NCBI RefSeq assembly: GCF_006345805.1
Contig: NC_043001.1
Span: 30,628,001 to 30,692,000, forward strand
From: Octopus sinensis
Lineage: Eukaryota
Direction of reading: 5' to 3'
Length of the DNA: 64,000 nucleotides
Below the pieces are notes generated by a model. It had not been told where the DNA came from. It searched no databases and was given only the letters and a program-made list of their open reading frames with translations. The position numbers were made by a program, and so were the translations under genes. This document shows, in pieces, positions 25,635 through 37,769 of the stretch (the first letter of the stretch is position 1; every line of letters starts with the position of its first letter).

Positions 25635-27916
25635 TTAAAGAAATCTAAATTAAAAAGTTCCATCAAAATTTCATATTAATATATGTTCTAAACATCAGTT
25701 TAACAGTTCTTTATTTAAGAGATGAAGAATTCATCATCATTATCATCATTATTTAATGTCTGCTTTCCATGCTAGCATGGGTTGGATGATTTGACTGAGG
25801 TCTGGCAAACCAGATGGTTGCACCAGACTCCAATCTGATCTGGCAGAGTTTCTACAGCTGGATGCCCTTCTTAACGCCAACCACTCTGAGAGTGTAGTGG
25901 GTGCTTTTATGTGCCACCGGCACGAGGGCCAGTCAGGTGGTATTGGCAATGGCCACGCTCAAATGGTGCTTTTTATGTGCCACCTGCACAGGAACCAGTC
26001 CAGTGGCACTGGCAACAACCTCGCTCGAATGTTTTTTCAAATGCCACCAGCACAAGTGCCAGTAAGGCAATGCAGGTAACGATCACGCTTGAATGGTGCT
26101 TTTTTTTATGTACATTATTTATATTTGACGGATATTTGTTGTTAAAACAACGTTTTGGCTGATATACACTCCAGCCTTCCTCAGGTGTCTTGGGGATATT
26201 TTGAACCTGGGTTCTCATTCCTAAGGTATTTTTCGATGTTGTTGTTATTATTATTCAGGTCACTGCCTAGAATCGAACTCGGAATCTTGGGGTTAGTAGC
26301 CTGCACTCTTAATCACTACACCATTTGCCCATGGGCACCAACCTGAGTGCTTTTAACACTGGACCAACACCGGTGTCAATTCTGCAGTGGTGGATGGGTC
26401 CTCTTAAGAACAGGAAGATGCCAGACATCTCAGTAATTTTGTCATCTCATTATTTTCAAAATTAATTGTAATAAAAGTAATGTATTTCAACAGAAATATG
26501 GTAGTGAAAGTGTTAAATAAGTAATTCTAAATAAACTGTTGACCTCATTTCATGTGCTTTTCTTTAAAAGTTTTTTGTTTTTTAAATAACATCCTTATTG
26601 ATAAAATTGCCAAGCATCTTCACTTTGTACATTCTAATACAAATATGAAGAATCTGGAAGAAACATTGTATCTTTTCAATCTCAGTCACAGATTTTTAAA
26701 ATTATTTTTTTTAACTAAACAGTTTCAAACTTTGGATACTGGTTGAATGTGTCACGTAGAACATGGTTCACTCTTAATGCAATGGCAAACTTCATCATCA
26801 TCATTTAGCATATGTTCTCCATGCTAGCATGTGTAAGATGGTTTGACTGGAGCTGGAGAGCTGTACCAGGCTCCAGCCTGTTTTGGCTTGGTTTCTATGG
26901 TTGGATGTCCTTCCTAATATCAACCACTTCAGAGAGTGTACTTGGTGCCTTATTATGTGTCACTGGCACAGGTGCCTTTTGCGTGTCCCTGACATGGGTG
27001 CCATTTATGTGTCACCGGCAAGGGTGCCTTTTACATGTCATGACTATGATTTCACTTAGCTTGACATGTCTTCTCAAGCACAACAAATTGCCAAAGGTCT
27101 CAATCATTTGTCATTGCTTCCGTAAGACTCAACATCAAAAGATCATATTCCACCACCTTCTACATCTTCCTAGATCAACCTCTTCCACAGCTTCCCTCCA
27201 CAGTTATATATGTATATATGTGTGTGTGTTCTCTGAATTGTCATTGCTTGGATACCAGTGACGTGTTTACTTAGCTCATCAGTAATGCATGATGCAGATT
27301 AGTGGTTTCAACATATCAATTTCTCATCATCATCATCATCATCATCATCGTTTAACGTCCGATTTCCATGCTAGCATGGGTTGGACGGTTCAACTGGGGT
27401 CTAGGAAGCTAGAAGGCTGCTCCAGGCCCAGTCTGATCTGGCAGTGTTTCTACGGCTGGATGCCTTTACTTACGCCAACCACTCCGTGAGTGTAGTGGGT
27501 GCTTTTTACGTGCCACCTGCACAGGTGCCAGACGAGGCTGGCAAACGGCCACAATCGGATGGTGCTTTTTACGTGCCACCGGCATGGAGGCCAGTCGGGG
27601 TGGCACTGGCAACGGCCACGCTCGGATGGTTCTCTTACGTGCTATCGGCACTGGTATCACAGCTACAATTTCCATTGATGTTGATCGGTAGAATAAAAAA
27701 AAAACTTTGCATCTAACAGATAATGGTTGGCATCAGGAAGGGTATTCAGTTGTAGAATACTGCTTCAAGTCTCATTACAACCTGTGCCAGCAAAGTGGAA
27801 TGCAAAATTATGTGTAAAAATGAAATGAAAGAAAGAATACAGTGATAAAAAAAAAAAAAATCACTTTCTATATAATCTGTTCTCTACATCTTTTTTTATT
27901 CATCTATTTTTCTCAG

Positions 27917-28080
27917 AATTTGGAAATATTCGCCTCTTCATTTCTTATCCTGATGGAGAAAAATCCTTTCTACATCATGTACTCAGTCTCTGTCAGCATC
28001 TTGATCTACTGTTTCATTGTAATGTTGACTTGAAGAATCATCGTTTAAGTAAGCAGAAAGTGAAGGATTATTTTCAACAT
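27917..28080 (+). CDS. TRAF3IP2: Act1/CIKS-like coding exon 4: SEFIR N-part
   Basis: tttttctcAG acceptor, GTAAGT donor at 28081; KFGNIRLFISYPDGEKSFLHHVLSLCQHLDLLFHCNVDLKNHRLSKQKVKDYFQH. RLFISY matches SEFIR/TIR box 1 (human Act1 KVFITYS, from memory). Confidence 0.88.
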
Positions 28081-28290
28081 GTAAGTTCATTTCCTTTCTT
28101 TGTTGTTTTTAAATTTCTTTTTCTTTTTTTCTCTGAGAAATTAGGTGATCAGATTGCTTATATATAAACCACTATTAAACTTCATTCAAATTTTAAAATG
28201 AGTAAAGCAATCTGTTAGTGATAATGTGACTGCTTATCACTAGTATTGGTGCACGTCCTCAGCAAATCATGCTGAGCCCATTTTAATTAA

Positions 28291-28893
28291 CCCTTTACCA
28301 CTCAAACCGGCCAAATCTGGCCTAAATATTCTAGCTGTTTTATGTCCAAACTGACCAGATCTGATCCCCCACACCTACAGTGTCATTAAAAAATATACAA
28401 TATAGGTGCAGGAGTGGCTGTGTGGTAAGAAGCTTGCTTCCCAACCACATGGTTCCGGGTTCAGTCCCACTGTGTGGCACCTTGAGCAAGTGTCTACTAC
28501 TATAGCCTTGGGCTGACTAAAGCCTTGTAAGTGGATTTGGTAGACAGAAACCCGTTATATATATATCTGTGTGTATGTGTATTTGTGTGTCTGTGTTTGT
28601 CCCACACCATCGCTTGATAATCAATGTATGTGTGTTTACGTCTCCATAACTTAGTGGTTCGGCAAAAGAGACTGATAGAATAAGTACTAGGCTTACAAAG
28701 AATAAATCCTGGGGTCGATTTGACTGAAGGCAGTGCTCCAGCATGGTTGCAGTCAAATGACTGAAATAAGTAAAAGAATAAATCACGTCATCGAAATCTC
28801 AAAGCTACAAGATAATGCACGATTAGTTCAAAATTAGTTCAAAACAATGTGAATAAGCATTATATTTGACAAAGTAATCTGAATGCTAGAGGG
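28291..28893. mobile_element. piggyBac-like MITE with a nested tRNA-SINE (about 28405-28780)
   Basis: TTAA|CCCT...AGGG|TTAA termini. Confidence 0.65.
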
Positions 28894-29382
28894 TTAAAAC
28901 AGCTCAGACTGATGTGAGATGGAAAAGGTTTAAAAAAGAGAGAATTTCTAGTGATAGTGTCCTAATAAAAACCTCCCAATCTGCCTTATCATCATTACCA
29001 TTATCATTTAATGGCCACATTCCGCCGAGGTCGACTTTGCCTTTCATCCTTTCGGGGTCGATAAATAAAGTACCAGTTTCCCACTGAGGTCGATGTAATC
29101 GACTTAATCCCTTTGTCTGTCCTTGTTTGTCCCCCTCTATGTTTAGCCCCTTGTGGGCAGTAAAGAAATACACTTTTCTATGCTTGCATGGGTCAAATGG
29201 AATCTGTTGTGACAGGTTTTTCTATGAACGGCTGTCCTTCCTGTTGCTAGCCCCTCACCTGTTGCCAGACACGTTTTCTGTGGAAGACTTGGAATGAGCA
29301 ACATTGCTTGCATGATGGTGATGCTCATTTACAACCTTCATGTGGTGTCAAGACAAGGAGAGAGAGAGAGAGAGAGAGAGAG

Positions 29383-29413
<31 letters not shown>

Positions 29414-31815
29414 TAGAGCCTTCTTTTAGTTTCTGTCTCCCAAACCCACTCACAAGGCTTTGGTTGGTCTGGGACTATAGCAGAAGACACTTGGCCAGTG
29501 TTGCACTGCTGCGCAGTGGAACTGAACTCAAGACTACATGGTTGGGAAGCAAGCTTCTTAACCACACAGCCATGCCTGCATCATTCACGACAAATATTTG
29601 GTCTTTCTTCCATAAAAGTTTTCAAATGCAAATTTTTATAGTCAGTAAACAATATGATTCAGTGATTTGTTTTTATGGAGTGCATTGCATAATTTTTACC
29701 TGTTATTGTAGTATGCTTTTATCATCTGTTCCAAATCAAATTCGATGACTGGCATCTGTGCTAGTGGAGTGCTAAGAGTACCATATGAACGAGATCGTTG
29801 CCAGAGTAACAAGCTGGCCTCCGTGCTGATGGCATGGTAAAAACACCATTTGAGCGTGATCGTTACCTGCGTCGCCTTACTAGTACTTGTGCTGGTGGCA
29901 CATCAAAAAACATTCGAGTGAGGTCGTTGCCAGTGCTGCTGGACTGGCTCCTGTGCAGGTGGCACATAAAATGCACCATTTGAGCGTGGCTGTTGCCAGT
30001 ACCACTCGACAGACCCTTGTTCCGGTGGCACGTAAAAGCACCCACTACACTCTCGGAGTGGTTGGCATTAAGAAGGGCATCCAGCTGTAGAAACTCTGCA
30101 AGATCAGATTGGAGTCTGGTGCAGCCATCTGGTTCGCTAGACCTCAGTCAAATCGTCCAACCCATGCTAACATGGAAAGCAGATGTTAAATGATGATGAT
30201 GATGTTCAAAGTAAAATAATATATATTTGTATAATCTACATGAATTATGTATACATATGACAGGTGCAGGCATGGTTGTGTGGTTAAGAAGTTCACTTTG
30301 CAACCGTATGGTTTTGGGTTCAGTTCTACTGTATGGCACCTTAGGCAAGTGTCTTCTGTAATCCTAGTCTGACCAATACCTTGTGAGTTAATTTGGTAGA
30401 CAGAAACTGTGGAAGCCTATTGTATGAGTGTGTATGGATCCCTATAGCTTGACGACAGGTATTGGTTTGTTTACGTTCCTATAACTTAGGGATTTCAGTA
30501 AAAGAGACAGATAGAGTAAGTACCAAACTTACTGGGGTTGGTTTGTTCAGCTAAATCCTTCAAGGCAGTGCTCCAGCATGGCTGCAGTCCAGTGACTGAA
30601 ACAAATGATTTTGAGTTATAAAGCTACAACATTAAGGTGCTAGGGTTATGAGTTCAAACCTTAGCACAACCATTGACTTTTAATCCTGGACAAAGCACAA
30701 AATTCTACTTGACTCATTCTAGTTGATACCATGGTTGGTCCTTTGCTACTTTGTGTTTGCGTAGTTAACAGGAGAAAGAATATTCAGCTGTAAAAAAACA
30801 ATTACTTCAACAATATACAAATGTCCATTCGTCCGTCCTTACGTTCTGAGTTCAAATTCCACCAAGGTTGACTTTGCCTTTTATCCTTTTGGGGTTGATA
30901 AATTAAGTACCAGTTGCATACTGGGGTTGATCTAATCAACTGACCCCCCCCCCCAAAAAAAAAAAAATTTCAGGCCTTGTGCCTAGAGTAGAAAAGAATA
31001 TAGAAATGTCCACAATTTAAGATACATTTCCATCAATGCTGACAGAAAAATGGATATAAAGCTGTAGTGAACTTAGTTTATATATCAGGCTTTCTAAAAG
31101 CTTGTATAATGTGTATCTTTTATCTTTTACTTGTTTCAGTCATTTGGACTGTGGCCATACTGGGGCACCACCTTGAAGGGTTTTGGTCGAACAAATTGAC
31201 CACAGTATTTATTTTTTTATTTAAAGCCTACTACTTATTCGGTTTCTCTTGCTGAACCACTAAGTTATGCAGGACGTAATCAAACAACATCTGTTGTCAA
31301 ACTGTGGTGGTGGATAAACACACACACGCACACACGTTTCTTTCAGTTTCTCTCTATCAAATCCATTCACAAGGCTTTGGTCTGCCTGACATCATCATCA
31401 TCGTTTAACGTCCGTTCTCCATGCTAGCATGGGTTGGACGGTTCGACCGGGGATCTGGGAAGCCAGAAGGCTGCCCCAGGCTCCGGTCTTATCTGGCAAT
31501 GTTTCTACAGCTGGATGCCCTTCCTAATGCCAACCACTCCGTGAGTGTAGTGGGTGCTTTTTACGTGCCACCTGCACTGGAGCCAGGCGAGGCTGGCATC
31601 GGCCACGGTCGGATTGGTGCATTTTACGTGCCACCTATCATAGAAAACACTTGCCCAAGGTGTCACACAGTAGGACTGAATCTGGAACCATGTGATTGGA
31701 AAGCAAGACTTACTACACAGCCACACCTTATTGTTTCTATGATTTTTCTGTTATATGTACCAGTTTGTTTTCATTGTTTTATTTTTAGCATATATTGTTC
31801 TTTATCTCTTTACAG

Positions 31816-32109
31816 GCTGACTTTGTGCTAGTTTGCTGTAACAATGAATATAAAAAATCTGTGGAAAGTCAATCAAATTTAATTAACGATGACAACCCTC
31901 AAGCACTTCATACAAAACTAATATATGACAACATGTATAAACTATCTACATCAGGCAGAAGCATTGATCATTTCATACCAGTGGTCCTAAAAGGTTGTAC
32001 TGTTTCAGATATACCTGATTGGTTGACAAAAAATAACGTCTTCATTTGGCCAAGTCAGAAAACGGATATTATTTCATACATCACATCTAAAAAACAACTT
32101 TTATTATAA
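31816..32109 (+). CDS. TRAF3IP2: Act1/CIKS-like coding exon 5 (last): SEFIR C-part
   Basis: tctctttacAG acceptor; ADFVLVCCNNEYKKSVE...DDNPQALHTKLIYDNM...FIPVVL...IPDWL..NVFIWP..K.DII aligns with recalled human Act1 YKQDVE...DEDEHGLHTKYIHRMM...FIPVLF...VPTWL...VYSWP; TAA at 32107-32109; AATAAA at 32205-32210. Confidence 0.92.
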   Translation, partial: ADFVLVCCNNEYKKSVESQSNLINDDNPQALHTKLIYDNMYKLSTSGRSIDHFIPVVLKGCTVSDIPDWLTKNNVFIWPSQKTDIISYITSKKQLLL

Positions 32110-32262
32110 CTGAAATTTTTTTGATGGCCATGTGTTTTGTTATGTACATAAATTTTTTATGAAATTATATTTCTACTACACTGTATTTACATATAGATGT
32201 GCAGAATAAAATGTACTTATATTCTTGTTTAAATTTTTTTTTCCTGTGTTCTTGATTTGCTA

Positions 32263-32381
32263 TTATGTCAGTTCAGTAACCTCTCGCACCGTTTTATCTG
32301 AAAGTGCTTTAGTTGTGACAAACACTTCTACACTTGATGGATTATCCATTGACCCAGTGACAGAATCATATTTTCCATTTT
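32263..32381 (-). CDS. Candidate terminal exon of an unidentified convergent gene
   Basis: atatttcaacAG acceptor; phase-1 reading ENGKYDSVTGSMDNPSSVEVFVTTKALSDKTVREVTELT*; minus-strand AATAAA at 32100-32105. Upstream exons not resolved (a strong acceptor exists near 34201). Confidence 0.35.
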
Positions 32382-34264
32382 CTGTTGAAATATGATATTG
32401 TGAAAATAGATACAAAGAACAATTACATAGAAAAAGTATAGTGATAAGCATAGATTTAAAAAACAAAAAACAAAAACCAAAATAACCCATTTACTGTTAC
32501 TTTTTTTTGTTTTAATATATATGTAATAAAAGAGGAGTGTTTTGACATTCCTATTTACATATTTATCTATCAGGAAATATGTAACGCTATTATAGAAACA
32601 CATTCTGCTTTTAAGAGGTGTATCTGTTATGCACTCTAGTATGTGTTGAAATAATTTTGGCGGAAACGACAACATACAAAGGAATATTGTTTTGGAAGTC
32701 TAAGAGGATGCTAATTCCCGAGCTGTGTGGGGAAAAGCAGTGGTGAAATGCTTAATCATTACAATTTCAAACAAGAGGGCATGTATACAATCATTCAGTC
32801 TGCTAGAGTAATGGTTCTCACACAAGCAAAACAATAAATTGGGGGTCCATGGTAGTACGTCAGGTGTTAATGAAATAATTTTGCTTTAGACATATTTATT
32901 GTAAGAGACAACATAAGTTTCTTTCTTGAAATTTTTTTTACATAGTTTAACATGTTTCTGGCCACTGAAACTGCAATGGCAAACTTACACAAGTGAATGG
33001 ATGAAAAACAAAATAGGAATTTTGAAAGAAGTATCTATAAAACTAGTTTTTTAACATTGAATGGCTATAGGGGTCCACCAGAATAAAATAGTAATCAAAG
33101 GGGTCTATGGATGAGAAAAAAAGAAAAATGGTTGAGAACCATTGTGCTGGATTTAGCTGTCATCATCATCATCATCGTTTAGCGTCCGTTTTCCATGCTA
33201 GCATGGGTTGGACGGTTCAACTGGGGTCTGTGAAGCTGGAAGGCTTCATCAGGCCTAGTCAGATCTGGCAGTGTTTCTACGGCTGGATGCCCTTCCTAAC
33301 GCCAACCACTCCGTGAGTGTAGTGGGTGCTTTTTACGTGCCACCCGCACAGGTGCCAGACAGAGCTGGCAAACGGCCACGAACGGATGGTGCTTTTTACG
33401 TGCCACCGGCACGAGGCCAGTCGGGGCGGCGCTGGCAACGGTCATAATTCTCTTAAATCACTCTCTACCATTTTTAAAAAAGGATGGTCACAGTTGGTTA
33501 TGTCTGAAATAGATGGGATGGTCATGGCTGGAATGCTTTTGATCATAAGTCAGCTTGGTCAGGGTTAATCTGGAGCTAAGTAGCAAATGTAACATGTCCA
33601 TGAAATGAAGTACTAGAGGATCTTCAGATTTGCATTCATAATATGACACCTAAGGCTGAGCATCAACATCACTCAGAGAGACACGGTCAGAGAAGCCATT
33701 ATTTTAGAGAAAGCCAGACTTCTTAGCATTGAGGGAAATATTGGTAATGTGAAACTGTTGTTTGTTGGGCGTATCCAAAAACTGGAAAAAAAAACCTCAG
33801 ATACCAAGACAAATACTCTTCTCACAGCTGGTTAGTGATTTGAGAAATCAGGGAAGATCTAAATTGTGAGTGAGACACCAGGGTCTAGCAAAACAGAACA
33901 AGCTGAGCTTAAATATGTGATAGCCACAGTGGCTCAAGACAGAAACCTGTGGAGAAGAGCAATCCACTTTTGATACCAGAACTTGTGATTATACATATAG
34001 AAAATCCTCATTGATATTAATGAACAGCCTATGATGTACTTCAATATTTCATGTGTCACTATAGTTACCTTATATGCTATCTATGCAACAGATTGACTTT
34101 GAAACATCTAGTTGTCACCTGACAGAGACTGGAGATGCAGCAACACATGTACCAAGGTCTGTGTAATTGGAATGGAAATGTTTCAGATAAATAGCGATCT
34201 CCTAAGAAAAAGAGAGAAATAAAAGTCACAAAATAATTGAAAATATCATATCTAGATTATTTGT

Positions 34265-34845
34265 TAAACATTAACAAATGCTGTGTGTGGGAAGACTCGG
34301 CAGGACAAGTGAGACCATAACCCGTGGCCTCTACCTGGGACGTAGCCAGCCCACTTACGCATACCTTTCCTTCTTGTGACACAAACCCTACTTGTGAAGA
34401 CCTGTTGAAGCAAGTGAAAATCGAAATCGATCAACATCAATGGAAATTGTAGCTGTGATACCAGTGCTGGTGGCACATAAGAGAACCGTCCGAACGTGGC
34501 CATTGCCAGCGCTGTCCCGACTGGCCTGCGTGCCGGTGGCACGTAAAAAGCACCATCTGATTGTGGCCGTTTGCCAGCCTTGTATGGGCCCCGTGCCAGT
34601 GGCACGTAAAAAGCACCATCCGATCGTGGCCGTTTGCCAGCCTCGTCTGGCACCTGTGCAGGTGGCACGTAAAAAGCACCCACTACACTCACGGAGTGGT
34701 TGGCGTTAGGAAGGGCATCCAGCTGTAGAAACACTGCCAGATCAGACTGGGCCTGGCGCAGCCTACAGGCTCCCCAGACCCCAGTTGAATCGTCCAACCC
34801 ATGCTAGCATGGAAAACGGACATTAAATGATGATGATGATGATGA
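34265..34845 (-). mobile_element. (CAT/ATG)n-tailed retroposon family D with internal ~60-bp tandem repeats (representative copy)
   Basis: ggcgttaggaagggcatccagctgtagaaac...tgatgatgat. About 15 copies: 1575-1835, 5205-5720, 10220-10635, 10925-11105, 20450-20935, 21545-21720, 25730-26100, 26790-27030, 27325-27690, 29740-30205, 31390-31640, 33160-33445, 37190-37755, 39040-39480. Source of many spurious ORFs in the track. Confidence 0.88.
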
Positions 34846-36089
34846 TTAACAATAAATAACTTCATAAATAATATTTTCATTTCTTAAATGGTCTGAAGAC
34901 AGTCAGAACATGAAGATTCTCTGTTTTTTGGAAAATAATAGCCATTTTATTTTCTAACTGATCAATTTGTTAATTAAGTCATTTCAGATTATTTAATTGG
35001 CCTGAAGCAATAAAATTAAATTTAATAAATTTTAAAATGACTCAAACAGTATGAACATACAGCAAATGGATGGCAGATTCAGTTGAGTCTTATGTATCAT
35101 CCTGTTCTGGTTTCAAATCTTGCTCAGGTTCACTCACTCTTTTATCCTTCTATGGTCAAAAGAATAACGAGAGGCTCAATGCAATTGACTTATAACCTTG
35201 AAGGTAATGCCCCAGCCAGGCCACTGTTCAATGACTAAAATTAGTAAAATAATTATAGAATACCTTAAGGAAAAGAAAATTTTATTCCACACAGATTCTT
35301 CAGAGCAATTTCAGTTTATAAACTGCATTGAATTTTATTCTACACAGTTTGGGTTAAGGTGTTAGAGAGCTGAAAAAATATCTCACTCTATCAGTAATTC
35401 TGTTGGTGGAATAAATACATGCTTATTAATAAAAGCTCAAGGTTTCTCATTTTAGCAGTGGCAAGGAGGGAATGGAATTTTGTAATATTAATATCTTTTA
35501 TCTGGAATCAAAACGGAGTTATTGCAGTTTAGCCCTAGGTACGCCATGGGTGAACAGACTATATTCAAAGATATTCCAAGCTGTATCCAAGCAGTACTTT
35601 TTAAGACAGTTTATTTCTAACTGCTGTATCTTTTCGTTGGCTGTTAATGAAGGATTTTGAGACATATTTGACTGCTATTCGGCCAAGTAACCATGTAGAG
35701 ATTAACCCGTCAGTTTGAAAACTGAGTTGTAGGTAATCCTTTAAAAGATTACCTTTTATGATTAAAAAACAAAGTCTGAGAAGACTGGTGGGTGTCTTCG
35801 TTCATGAGTATGGGGACCTTTGTATACCATGAAGAAAAGAGAATCTTTGAGAGAAAGAAAAATTTCATGAACTTATGTGAACTCACAAACATAACTGGTA
35901 TTTAACCGGATATATGGTGGACATGTGACCTATTTAAACACCTTAGTTTGATATTTCCAAAGTATTAATCTCCTCTTTCATGTACTATGTAAATATCATT
36001 AGCTTTAACATATTCTATTCAGAGTATTCAATCTAGAAAGTCACATATATTTATACACACATGCACACACACAACGAAAAAAAGAAAGG

Positions 36090-36605
36090 ATGTACTCGTT
36101 ATAGCAAGACTTCCTTATGTACCCCACCAAACACCCCTTTATTAATTTTTTTTCTACACAAACCCCAGTTTTCAGCTATGGAGAATACGAATCTGCAAAA
36201 AAAAATTGGCAAAACTCAGCATTTTGACCCCCCCCCCCCCCGCTTACATACTTTCTTCATTTTTAACTTTTTTCTTTCAAAATATGCGGTAAAATACAGA
36301 GATTATAATTCTGAAAAAAATTTTCAAAAATTTTTGTGGTTAGGGTTAGGGATTTAGCGTTAGGGTTTTAGAGTTAGGGTTAGGGCTACGGTTAGGGTTT
36401 TAGGATTAGGGCTAGGGTTTTGGGGTTAGGATTACGGTTAGGGAAAAAAGTGAAAAATGAAGAAATTGGTGGGGAGGGGGGATTTCAAAATGCCGATTTT
36501 TGGCAATTTTCCGGAATCTCCGCATCCGAAAATGGAGGTTTTTGGCAAAAAAAAAAAAAAAAAATGGAGGGTGGGGAGGCGGTAGGAAGTCTTTCCTGTA
36601 CTGGT
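36090..36605. mobile_element. Non-autonomous element containing degenerate TTAGGG repeats (36338-36443)
   Basis: Inverted agacttcct/aggaagtct ends; run ggttagggttagggatttagcgttagggtttt... Confidence 0.5.
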
Positions 36606-37769
36606 TATAGTCGAACTAAAAATATTTATTGATACACGAACTTTTTACGTTACTTTAGGGAGAATAAACAATAACAAAAATATGTAGATCGCAGCTACAT
36701 AGTACACATATTACGGATTGTGTATACGTACGCGTGAGTGCTTGTGTGTGTGCGCGCGCGCGCGGCTTTAGACAAATATGGTTACATTTACTGGAAAACA
36801 AAGTAATTAATGACAGTTGCCTCCCTTAGGTCAAAGGCGCAAGAAACGTTTTCGGAGTAGATTCCTTTACGACTCAATAGAAATTTCAAGCAACAAAATA
36901 ATAACTGTATAAGCTCAAAGAAGCGTACAAAAGTCAACGCATTGTAGTATAGTGATAAGTTCGAATCCCAATTAAAGCATGGCATTTTTTTAAAAAGGAA
37001 AACTTTGAATTCTACGGGCTAATATATTAATATAATTTCATCACAATAAGCGTTGAATGGTTCCCATGGTTAGATTGAACGGTCAAATATTGATTAATTG
37101 AGAAGAGGAACAGGATGAAAAAAATTACCTATGCTCTTACTCTATGAAGCTGAACTATGCAAATGCCTAAACGCTCTCTGTGTAATGATTATCCTTCGAG
37201 ATCTCTGGAGATATGCTGTGACTGCGAAGACCCGACAAATAACGTGAGTTCATGGCTGTTTCCTGCACCAGCTTCACATAGCAGCCCCAGCCCATCCAAA
37301 GTACCTTGAATCGCAGAACGTCCTGCTGTGCTTACCTTGGATCGTAGGGTGACCTTGCTGTGCTTGAGGAGACCTACTGAGTCAAGTAAATCAACATCAA
37401 AATAAAAATCAAATGGAAATTGTAGTTGTGATACCTGGGCCGGTGGCACGTACAAAAGCACCATCCGAACGTGGCCGAGGCCAGCGCCGCCTTGATTGGC
37501 TTCCGTGCTGGTGGCACGTAAAAAGCACCAACCGATCGTGGCCGCTGCCAGCCTCCCCTGGCACCTCTGCCGGTGGCACGTAAAAAGCAACCACTACACT
37601 CACGGAGTGGTTGGTGTTAGGAAGGGTATCCAGCTGTAGAAACACTGCCAGATCAGACTGGAGCCTGGTGCAGCCTCCTGGCTTCCCAGGCCCCGGTCGA
37701 ACCGTCCAACCCATGCTAGCATGGAAAACAGACGTTAAACGATGATGATGATGATATATTAAGTAAAAA

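Noticed and set aside
32263-32381. PARP-like C-terminus (YDSV...NP)
   Set aside because: The expected downstream YPEYLI motif is absent; similarity is limited to a few residues.
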